A stretch of DNA of 64,000 nucleotides from Dendrobates tinctorius (lineage: Eukaryota). The DNA is taken from the NCBI RefSeq assembly GCF_039654945.1, contig NW_027362117.1, positions 1,674,001 to 1,738,000 of the forward strand, given 5' to 3'. The notes beneath the pieces were generated by a model. The model did not search any database. It was not told where the DNA came from and saw only the letters and a program-made list of their open reading frames with translations. Made by a program: the position numbers and the translations under genes. Positions 1 to 10,600 of this stretch are shown here, one piece after another (the first letter of the stretch is position 1; each line of letters starts with the position of its first letter).

Positions 1-1800
1 CGTGCTGCCGAGACCGTGTGTGAGGAGAAGGGGGCGACGCGCTGCCGAGACCGTGTATGAGGGGAAGGGGGGCGACGCGCTGCCGAGACCGTGTGTGTGA
101 GGGGAAGGGGGGCGACGCGCTGCCGAGACCGTGTGTGAGGGGAAGGGGGCGACGCGCTGCCGAGACCGTGTGTGAGGGGAAGGGGGGCGACGCGCTGCCG
201 AGACCGTGTGTGTGAGGGGAAGGGGGGCGACGCGCTGCCGAGACCGTGTGTGTGAGGGGAAGGGGGGCGACGCGCTGCCGAGACCGTGTGTGTGAGGGGA
301 AGGGGGGCGACGCGCTGCCGAGACCGTGTGTGTGAGGGGAAGGGGGGCGACGCGCTGCCGAGACCGTGTGTGAGGGGAAGGGGGGCGACGCGCTGCCGAG
401 ACCGTGTGTGTGAGGGGAAGGGGGGCGACGCGCTGCCGAGACCGTGTGTGAGGGGAAGGGGGGCGACGCGCTGCCGAGACCGTGTGTGTGAGGGGAAGGG
501 GGGCGACGCGCTGCCGAGACCGTGTGTGTGAGGGGAAGGGGGGCGACGCGCTGCCGAGACCGTGTGTGTGAGGGGAAGGGGGGCGACGCGCTGCCGAGAC
601 CGTGTGTGTGAGGGGAAGGGGGGCGACGCGCTGCCGAGACCGTGTGTGTGAGGGGAAGGGGGGCGACGCGCTGCCGAGACCGTGTGTGTGAGGGGAAGGG
701 GGGCGACGCGCTGCCGAGACCGTGTGTGTGAGGGGAAGGGGGGCGACGCGCTGCCGAGACCGTGTGTGTGAGGGGAAGGGGGGCGACGCGCTGCCGAGAC
801 CGTGTGTGTGAGGGGAAGGGGGGCGACGCGCTGCCGAGACCGTGTGTGTGAGGGGAAGGGGGGCGACGCGCTGCCGAGACCGTGTGTGTGAGGGGAAGGG
901 GGGCGACGCGCTGCCGAGACCGTGTGTGTGAGGGGAAGGGGGGCGACGCGCTGCCGAGACCGTGTGTGTGAGGGGAAGGGGGGCGACGCGCTGCCGAGAC
1001 CGTGTGTGTGAGGGGAAGGGGGGCGACGCGCTGCCGAGACCGTGTGTGTGAGGGGAAGGGGGGCGACGCGCTGCCGAGACCGTGTGTGTGAGGGGAAGGG
1101 GGGCGACGCGCTGCCGAGACCGTGTGTGTGAGGGGAAGGGGGGCGACGCGCTGCCGAGACCGTGTGTGTGAGGGGAAGGGGGGCGACGCGCTGCCGAGAC
1201 CGTGTGTGTGAGGGGAAGGGGGGCGACGCGCTGCCGAGACCGTGTGTGTGAGGGGAAGGGGGGCGACGCGCTGCCGAGACCGTGTGTGTGAGGGGAAGGG
1301 GGGCGACGCGCTGCCGAGACCGTGTGTGTGAGGGGAAGGGGGGCGACGCGCTGCCGAGACCGTGTGTGTGAGGGGAAGGGGGGCGACGCGCTGCCGAGAC
1401 CGTGTGTGTGAGGGGAAGGGGGGCGACGCGCTGCCGAGACCGTGTGTGTGAGGGGAAGGGGGGCGACGCGCTGCCGAGACCGTGTGTGTGAGGGGAAGGG
1501 GGGCGACGCGCTGCCGAGACCGTGTGTGTGAGGGGAAGGGGGGCGACGCGCTGCCGAGACCGTGTGTGTGAGGGGAAGGGGGGCGACGCGCTGCCGAGAC
1601 CGTGTGTGTGAGGGGAAGGGGGGCGACGCGCTGCCGAGACCGTGTGTGTGAGGGGAAGGGGGGCGACGCGCTGCCGAGACCGTGTGTGTGAGGGGAAGGG
1701 GGGCGACGCGCTGCCGAGACCGTGTGTGTGAGGGGAAGGGGGGGCGACGCGCTGCCGACTCCGTGTGTGTGAGGGGAAGGGGGGGCGACGCGCTGCCGAC
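1..1800. repeat. 40-bp G-rich, CpG-rich minisatellite (gtgtgtgtgaggggaaggggggcgacgcgctgccgagacc), about 45 copies, runs off the left edge; probably intronic in BORCS6
   Basis: Direct periodicity; units are identical from about 480 to about 1740. Confidence 0.97.
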
Positions 1801-2298
1801 TGTGGGGTCGGGGTGCACTGTGAGATTGTTGCAGATAATCTCATTTCTTCTGTAGAAACCTGAAAGCCTCGGTCACTGAGTAATGTGGGAAGGTTTTGTG
1901 TCAGCCGTGTTCTGGCGACCGCTCTCAGGATGGCGACTACCTGGCTGATCAGCAGTGACACCTCCTGGTCGCCAAAGGGCTAAAAATGCCAAAAAGACTG
2001 AACACGCTGCAGTGTCAGAGCGACTCTGTGCTCGATATTCCGTCTTTTCTCACGTCTATAAACCGCACTGGATAATGTGAAACGGCAGTGACTGCTCCGT
2101 TCTTCTGGCGCCTTCACCTTGCTCAGCGGAGGACGGTTGTAGTTTTGTGAATTGGATGTAATTGTACCAGAGAAGTGGCTCTTTAATGCAGGAGGGTGGT
2201 CCCCTCTAGTGATTATTCTGGGGGGGCTCTGAGTGGGACGAGGTTTCCTGTGTGAACTTGTAACTACAATCTCCAGCACTCGTTTCCCTGTCTTTTAG

Positions 2299-2453
2299 CT
2301 GACATCAATGTCCGCCATCATGCGCTGCAGAGAAGCAGAGCCGACATCCCCCCCATCGACCTGGCGGTGTTGAAGGACCTGGAGATCCTGACTCAGGAAG
2401 TTGCACTAAAAGTCGATCAGATGATGAAAAGTTTGAGCGGCACAATCCAAAAT
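2299..2453 (+). CDS. BORCS6: BORCS6 internal exon (155 nt)
   Basis: tcttttag|CT GAC ATC ... CAA AAT|gtaaga. Confidence 0.85.
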
Positions 2454-4198
2454 GTAAGATACGTGAGCGCCATCGGTTGTAGCATGGCAGGGGGTCAGCG
2501 ATGCCACTATAAATGGCGCCTGCGTCTGATATGGAGATATACCGATATATACTGATGTACCCACCCCAGAGAGCAGCGCCCTCGTATCCCCAGAGCTGAC
2601 ATGTTTATTTGCAGATGACGGCGCTCAGCGTGGGATATATCCAGACGTACAGGGATTCTGTGGACAGTCTCGGGGAGTCAGTGGATATGAGCATCAAGGT
2701 AAGTGACAGAATGTCAAGTAGAGAAGGTTGGACCCCCCCTGTTTAATAAAATTCCAGTCCTGGAACATCTTTTGTTAAAATTCTACATTGTACTGTTCCT
2801 CCTAGAAATATATGAACAACTATTAGTTTGTCAAATGTTCTCTAAATTGTACTGATCCTGAGTTGCATCCTGTATTATACCCCAGAGCTGCACTCACTAT
2901 TCTGCTGGTGCAGTCACTGTGTACATACATTACTGATCCTGAGTTACCTCCTGTATTATACCTCAGAGCTGCACTCACTATTCTGCTGGTGCAGTCACTG
3001 TGTACATACATTACTGATCCAGAGTTACATCCTGTATTATACTCCAGAGCTGCACTCACTATTCTGCTGGTGCAGTCACTGTGTACATACATTACTGATC
3101 CTGAGTTACATCCTGTATTATATCCAAGAGCTGCACTCACTATTCTGCTGGTGCAGTCACTGTGTACTTACATTACTGGTCCTGAGTTACATCCTGTATT
3201 ATACTCCAGAGCTGCACTCACTATTCTGCTGGTGCAGTCACTGTGTACATACATTACATTACTGATCCTGAGTTACATCCTGTATTATACTCCAGAGCTG
3301 CACTCACTATTCTGCTGGTGCAGTCACTGTGTACTTACATTACATTACTGATCCTGAGTTACATCCTGTATTATACTCCAGAGCTGCACTCACTATTCTG
3401 CTGGTGCAGTCACTGTGTACATACATTACTGATCCTGAGTTACATCCTGTATTATACTCCACAGCTGCACTCACTATTCTGCTGGTGCAGTCACTGTGTA
3501 CATACATTACTGATCCAGAGTTACATCCTGTATTATACTCCAGAGCTGCACTCACTATTCTGCTGGTGCAGTCACTGTGTACATACATTACATTACTGAT
3601 CCTGAGTTACATCCTGTATTATATCCAAGAGCTGCACTCACTATTCTGCTGGTGCAGTCACTGTGTACATACATTACTGATCCTGAGTTACATCCTGTAT
3701 TATACTCCAGAGCTGCACTCACTATTCTGCTGGTGCAGTCACTGTGTACATACATTACTGATCCTGAGTTACATCCTGTATTATATCCAAGAGCTGCACT
3801 CACTATTCTGCTGGTGCAGTCACTGTGTACTTACATTACTGGTCCTGAGTTACATCCTGTATTATACTCCAGAGCTGCACTCACTATTCTGCTGGTGCAG
3901 TCACTGTGTACTTACATTACATTACTGATCCTGAGTTACATCCTGTATTATACTCCAGAGCTGCACTCACTATTCTGCTGGTGCAGTCACTGTGTAAATA
4001 CATTACTGATCCTGAGTTACCTCCTGTATTATACTCCAGAGCTGCACTCACTATTCTTCCTTCTCTCTGCAGGGGATGTACACCCTGATGGCGCGCTGTG
4101 AGGAGCTGGACCGGTCCATGCAGCCCATTCATGCTCTGGCCAAGCAGATCCGGGAGATTAAGCGCACGCTAGAAACGTTTGAGACGTTGTGTAAATAA
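2299..4198 (+). CDS. BORCS6: BLOC-1-related complex subunit 6 (lyspersin), 3' part; join(2299..2453,2615..2698,4073..4198); 5' exons lie outside the window
   Basis: Spliced translation ...ADIPPIDLAVLKDLEILTQEVALKVDQMMKSLSGTIQN/MTALSVGYIQTYRDSVDSLGESVDMSIK/GMYTLMARCEELDRSMQPIHALAKQIREIKRTLETFETLCK* matches the recalled BORCS6 C-terminal domain (TALSVGxIQTYRDxVDSLGExVDMSIKGMYTL). Canonical AG/GT sites, phases consistent. Confidence 0.88.
2615..2698 (+). CDS. BORCS6: BORCS6 penultimate exon (84 nt)
   Basis: tttgcag|ATG ACG GCG ... ATC AAG|gtaagt. Confidence 0.9.
2850..4057 (+). repeat. 81/86-bp minisatellite (actgatcctgagttacatcctgtattatactccagagctgcactcactattctgctggtgcagtcactgtgtacatacatt[acatt]), about 14.5 copies, last intron of BORCS6
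   Basis: Direct periodicity; same family as 61528-62818. Confidence 0.97.
4073..4198 (+). CDS. BORCS6: BORCS6 last coding exon (126 nt including TAA)
   Basis: ctctctgcag|GGG ATG TAC ... TGT AAA TAA. Confidence 0.9.
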   Translation, partial: GMYTLMARCEELDRSMQPIHALAKQIREIKRTLETFETLCK

Positions 4199-4225
4199 GT
4201 TATTGATACTGAGGATTCTATTTTT

Positions 4226-4231
4226 AATAAA
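4226..4231 (+). terminator. Probable BORCS6 polyadenylation signal AATAAA
   Basis: AATAAA 28 nt after the stop codon. Confidence 0.6.
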
Positions 4232-4401
4232 TGTATTATTGCACCAAAGATCAGAGCGAGTCCTGACCCGTCTGTGAGTGGAGGAGATGGGAGCGGAGCA
4301 GTGTGACCTTGGCCCCTGGGCTGATCATCCTGAGCTTCATGAATGGGATGGGGGAGCTGCGGATAGTGGGGTCACTCACTGCAGTCATGTGATTAATTCC
4401 A

Positions 4402-4407
4402 TTTATT
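4402..4407 (-). terminator. Probable BRK1 polyadenylation signal (tttatt on +)
   Basis: AATAAA on the minus strand about 210 nt past the BRK1 stop. Confidence 0.55.
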
Positions 4408-4613
4408 TTGACAGTTTAAAGTTACAGAAACATCGATACAAAAGAAAAATAATAATAAATGAGGAAAGTGATTGGCACAACGACCCGCAACCTCGCCGCC
4501 ATCCGGGAACAGCGCAGCACATGGCTTCTGTCGGCCAATAAAGTGAAGAGTAAAGCGGAGGAATGATCAGGTGACGCTGCTGTAAACGTAGTTGAAGGGT
4601 GGGGGGGCAGCGT

Positions 4614-4640
4614 CTAGGTCAGGGTCTCTCCTTTAGTGAC
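4614..4640 (-). CDS. BRK1: BRK1 exon 3 (VTKGETLT*)
   Basis: Reverse complement: ttgcag|GTC ACT AAA GGA GAG ACC CTG ACC TAG. Confidence 0.93.
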   Translation of the reverse strand, partial: VTKGETLT

Positions 4641-7600
4641 CTGCAAGAGGAAAAAAAAAAAGGAGTGATCAGATGGCGAAAAATGGCCGTAATGGACGAG
4701 TCATCAGACATGAAGCACGGGGGTCTCTGCCAGCCCACAGCACATGCAGAAGAGCGCAGCCACAGAACAGCACAGATCAGCGCGGCCACGAGCAGACACG
4801 GAAATACGCTTCACTCTGGAAATACCTGCTTGGGGCGGGGACGAGGTGGATCTACAGCTCTGTTCATCCTGAGCCTGCTGCTTCATGAATAGAATGCCAG
4901 AACTGCAGGAAAGACTGACACAGAATGGAGAGAGGGGGGGAATGAAGCTGCAGAAGGGCATGCTATTCAGAATCTCATGATACTGGGTGCGGGCCTGGAC
5001 TGCTGGGACCCCTCCCTATCAGCTCACCGGTGGTCAGGTAATGCAGTGACCCGGTATAGGCTGCTCTCCGGCTGTCAGATTATGATGGGAGTTGTAGTCT
5101 CGCTTCAGCTGGAGAGGCACAGTTTAGGATCTACCGGGTGGAAGATGCGGAGGAGTGATGGCTGTATCCAACCGAACTGTCACTATTTCCTGGCAGAAGC
5201 CTTCACCCCATTAATAATCTGCACCCGTTTTGTGTGCACAGCTCGCATGCAGACTGATGTGTTACACCCTGTGTAGTCTGAACCTGCAGTCGTGCACTGC
5301 TATCAGCCTCCTCTATGGTCTGGAGGCGAGGCACAGAAATAGATGAGCGGGTCTGTAGTGGAGCTGTGGACACTAAACAGGAGGAGGGTTGCTTTAATTT
5401 CAATTTGAGATGCTTCAAGCTTCCCCCCCCAAAAAAAAAACCCCAGAGTCCTCACCCTTCCATCACATCGCTCCCTAGAATAAAAAGCAACGAGGACAGC
5501 AACAAAGATTATAATAACTACACGCAAGTCAAAATCACTGCACCCACAGGTCCAGTCCTGCCCAGGCACAGACAGTAGATAAGCAACCTCCCGATATGTA
5601 ACCACTCAGCACGAACCCCAGGGTCTGCAATGCATCCTCATCCTGGCATCACCCGCACACAGCGAGGAGGACCCAGTATGGCCTGACCCGTAACTACATG
5701 AGGGGCCACAGCCCACGAGTACGGAGGGTGATGCTACGAGAATCATGTCCTCAGCTCTAACTATGGAAGCCGGATCTGTCAACAGCAGACACTCCACACA
5801 CGGTGTCCAGCTCTCAATGACTAACAATCTGTCAGCAGCAGCTTGCTGATGGTTTCCAAGCAGCAAATATTCGTCAAAAAAAAAAAAAAAAGTGATATGG
5901 CATTAGAGACTTGCTGGCCCGTGCATCCTTAATTACAGACCCCATAACACCGGCCCACACCCTGTCACTGATCAGGAAACTGTCGGCTTCTAATAACTAA
6001 AGAGACGGAACTACCCAATGGATAAAGCGAGAAAATATCAGAAATGTCACCAGCAGCCCACTGATGGTTTCTAGATAGCAAAGTATTGCTCTACACTGCA
6101 GCACTGATGACTTAAAGGGCCGGTACCATCTGTAGGTTTACAGTCTCCCCTTCCTGGTTGAGTAACACAGCCACTTCCTCTTCCCCAATGTCCACACGAG
6201 CTCATGTTATAGCGGATATTGGGCTTGGGCCCTTCCCGGCGCTGATCTAGCAAATTGTATGTAGAATGCAGGGGGGGGGGGGGTGTACAAAGGGTTAACA
6301 TCAGGTAAGAAAAAAAAATCCACACAACAAAATGGGACATCGAGGGCGATGAGGCCATGCGGGGGGGGGGGGGATCATGCAGCACAACAGTTATTCTGCG
6401 GTCACCACCATTCCAGAGGGCGGCAGAAAGTCAAAAGAAAAATGAAAGTGAGATTCAGAGCAAGAGGCGAAGGCGACGACGCACCGCGCAGGATCCGTCA
6501 CAGACCGGGGCCTGAACATGGAGAGGCGCGATTATTAGAATTTTCCCCTGTGATGTTGATCAAAAATCCCCAAAAAACATAATTCGGGTTTTGGCAGCAG
6601 AAACTTCATTGATCACAATAGTTCTGCGTTATCAGTGTCGCTTCCGATGCGGAGAGTGAGGCAGGACCTTGGGTGTAGTCATGTGACCGCTCAGGTCCTC
6701 TCCCCTGCGAGAGCCTGGAAGAGCTGAAGACGAGGATGTATGTGCTCTGTGTATACACCCTGTAGGTACGGGCTTGGTGTATATACCCGTGTGTGTGTAT
6801 GTATACATGTATCTGTGTGTATACACCCTGTGTGTACGGGCTTGGTGTATATACCTGTGTGTGTATACACCCTGTAGGTACGGGCTTGGTGTATATACCT
6901 GTGTGTGTGTGTGTGTGTGTATGTATACATGTATCTGTGTATACACCCTGTATGTATGGGCTTGGTGTATATACCCGTGTGTGTATACACCCTGTATGTA
7001 CGGGCTTGGTGTATATACCCGTGTGTGTGTATGTATACATGTATCTGTGTGTATACACCCTGTATGTACGGGCTTGGTGTATATACCTGTGTGTGTATAC
7101 ACGCTGTAGGTACGGGCTTGGTGTATATACCCGTGTGTGTGTGTATGTATACATGTATCTGTGTATACACCCTGTATGTACGGGCTTGGTGTATATACCC
7201 GTGGGTGTATACACCCTGTATGTACGGGCTTGGTGTATATACCCGTGTGTGTGTATGTATACATGTATCTGTGTGTATACACCCTGTAGGTACGGGCTTG
7301 GTGTATATACCCGTGTGTGTGTGTATACATGTATCTGTGTGTGTATACACCCTGTAGGTACGGGCTTGGTGTATATACCCGTGTGTGTATATATATACCC
7401 GTGTGTGTGTGTGTATACATGTATCTGTGTGTGTATACACCCTGTAGGTACGGGCTTGGTGTATATACCCGTGTGTGTGTGTGTATACATGTATCTGTGT
7501 GTATACACCCTGTAGGTATGGGCTTGGTGTATATACCCGTGTGTGTATACATGTATCTGTGTGTATACACCCTGTAGGTACGGGCTTGGTGTATATACCC

Positions 7601-10600
7601 GTGTGTGTGTGTATACATGTATCTGTGTGTGTATACACCCTGTAGGTACGGGCTTGGTGTATATACCCGTGTGTGTGTATACATGTATCTGTGTGTGTAT
7701 ACACCCTGTAGGTACGGGCTTGGTGTATATACCCGTGTGTGTGTGTATACATGTATCTGTGTGTGTATACACCCTGTAGGTACGGGCTTGGTGTATATAC
7801 CCGTGTGTGTATGTATACATGTATCTGTGTATACACCCTGTAGGTACGGGCTTGGTGTATATACCCGTGTGTGTATGTATACATGTATCTGTGTGTATAC
7901 ACCCTGTAGGTACGGGCTTGGTGTATATACCCGTGTGTGTGTGTATACATGTATCTGTGTGTGTATACACCCTGTAGGTACGGGCTTGGTGTATATACCC
8001 GTGTGTGTGTGTATACATGTATCTGTGTGTGTATACACCCTGTAGGTACGGGCTTGGTGTATATACCCGTGTGTGTGTGTATACACCCTGTAGGTACGGG
8101 CTTGGTGTATATACCCGTGTGTGTGTGTATACATGTATCTGTGTGTGTATACACCCTGTAGGTACGGGCTTGGTGTATATACCCGTGTGTGTATGTATAC
8201 ATGTATCTGTGTGTATACACCCTGTAGGTACGGGCTTGGTGTATATACCCGTGTGTGTGTATGTATACATGTATCTGTGTGTATACACCCTGTAGGTACG
8301 GGCTTGGTGTATATATACATGTATCTGTGTATACACCCTGTAGGTACGGGCTTGGTGTATATACCCGTGTGTGTATGTATACATGTATCTGTGTGTGTAT
8401 ACACCCTGTAGGTACGGGCTTGGTGTATATACCCGTGTGTGTGTGTGTATACATGTATCTGTGTGTGTATACACCCTGTAGGTACGGGCTTGGTGTATAT
8501 ACCCGTGTGTGTGTATGTATACATGTATATGTGTATACACCCTGTATGTACGGGCTTGGTGTATATACCTGTGTGTATACATTCTGTATGTACGGGCTTG
8601 GTGTATATACCCGTGTGTGTGTGTGTATGTATACATGTATCTGTGTGTATACACCCTGTAGGTACGGGCTTGGTGTATATACCCGTGTGTGTGTATACAT
8701 GTATCTGTGTGTGTATACACCCTGTAGGTACGGGCTTGGTGTATATACCCGTGTGTGTGTGTGTGTATATATACATGTATCTGTGTGTATACACCCTGTA
8801 GGTACGGGCTTGGTGTATATACCCGTGTGTGTGTGTGTGTGTGTATACATGTATCTGTGTGTATACACCCTGTAGGTACGGGCTTGGTGTATATACCCGT
8901 GTGTGTGTATGTATACATGTATCTGTGTGTATATACCCTGTAGGTACGGGCTTGGTGTATATACCCGTGTGTGTGTGTATACATGTATCTGTGTGTGTAT
9001 ACACCCTGTAGGTACGGGCTTGGTGTATATACCCGTGTGTGTGTGTGTGTGTATATATACATGTACATTGTAGAAGGATCAACTTTATTCTCATTTGCAC
9101 AAGGAAAGACTAGAAGCAATGGGATGAAACTGAATGGGAAGAGACACAGATTAGATATTAGAAAAAACTTTTTGACAGTTAGAGTGATCAATGAGTGGAA
9201 CAGGCTGCCACGAGAAGTGGTGAGTTCTCCTTCAATGGAAGTCTTCAAACAGAGGCTGGACAGACATCTGACTGGGATGATTTAGCGAATCCTGCTTTGA
9301 GCAGGGGGTTGGACCAGATGGCCCAGGAGGTCCCTTCCAACTCTATGATTCTATGATCGTATTTCTATGATCGTATCTGTGTGTATACACCCTGTAGGTA
9401 CGGGCTTGGTGTATACACCCTGTAGGTACGGGCTTGGTGTATATACCCGTGTGTGTGTGTATACATGTATCTGTGTGTGTATACACCCTGTATGTACGGG
9501 CTTGGTGTATATACCTGTGTGTGTATACATTCTGTATGTACGGGCTTGGTGTATATACCCGTGTGTGTGTGTATGTATACATGTATCTGTGTATACACCC
9601 TGTAGGTACGGGCTTGGTGTATATACCCGTGTGTGTGTGTATGTATACATGTATCTGTGTGTGTATACACCCTGTAGGTACGGGCTTGGTGTATATACCC
9701 GTGTGTGTATACATGTATCTGTGTGTGTATACACCCTGTAGGTACGGGCTTGGTGTATATACCCGTGTGTGTGTATGTATACATGTATCTGTGTATACAC
9801 CCTGTATGTACGGGCTTGGTGTATATACCTGTGTGTGTATACATCCTGTATGTACGGGCTTGGTGTATATACCCGTGTGTGTGTATGTATACATGTATCT
9901 GTGTGTATACACCCTGTAGGTACGGGCTTGGTGTATATACCTGTGTGTGTGTGTGTGTATACATGTATCTGTGTGTGTATACACCCTGTAGGTACGGGCT
10001 TGGTGTATATACCCGTGTGTGTGTATATATACACATGTATCTGTGTATACACCCTGTATGTACGGTCTTGGTGTATATACCTGTGTGTGTGTGTATACAT
10101 GTATCTGTGTGTGTAACACCCTGTAGGTACGGGCTTGGTGTATATAAGCGTGTGTGTATACATGTATCTGTGTGTGTATACACCCTGTAGGTACGAGGTT
10201 GGTGTATATACCCGTGTGTGTGTGTGTGTATACATGTATCTGTGTGTGTATACACCCTGTAGGTACGGGCTTGGTGTATATACCCGTTTGTGTGTGTATA
10301 CATGTATCTGTGTGTGTATACACCCTGTAGGTACGGGCTTGGTGTATATACATATACACATGTATCTGTGTGTGTATACACCCTGTAGGTACGGGCTTGG
10401 TGTATATACCCGTGTGTGTGTGTATACATGTATCTGTGTGTGTATACACCCTGTAGGTACGGGCTTGGTGTATATACCCGTGTGTGTGTGTATACATGTA
10501 TCTGTGTGTATACACCCTGTATGTACGGGCTTGGTGTATATACCTGTGTGTGTGTGTATACATGTATCTGTGTGTGTATACACCCTGTAGGTACGGGCTT

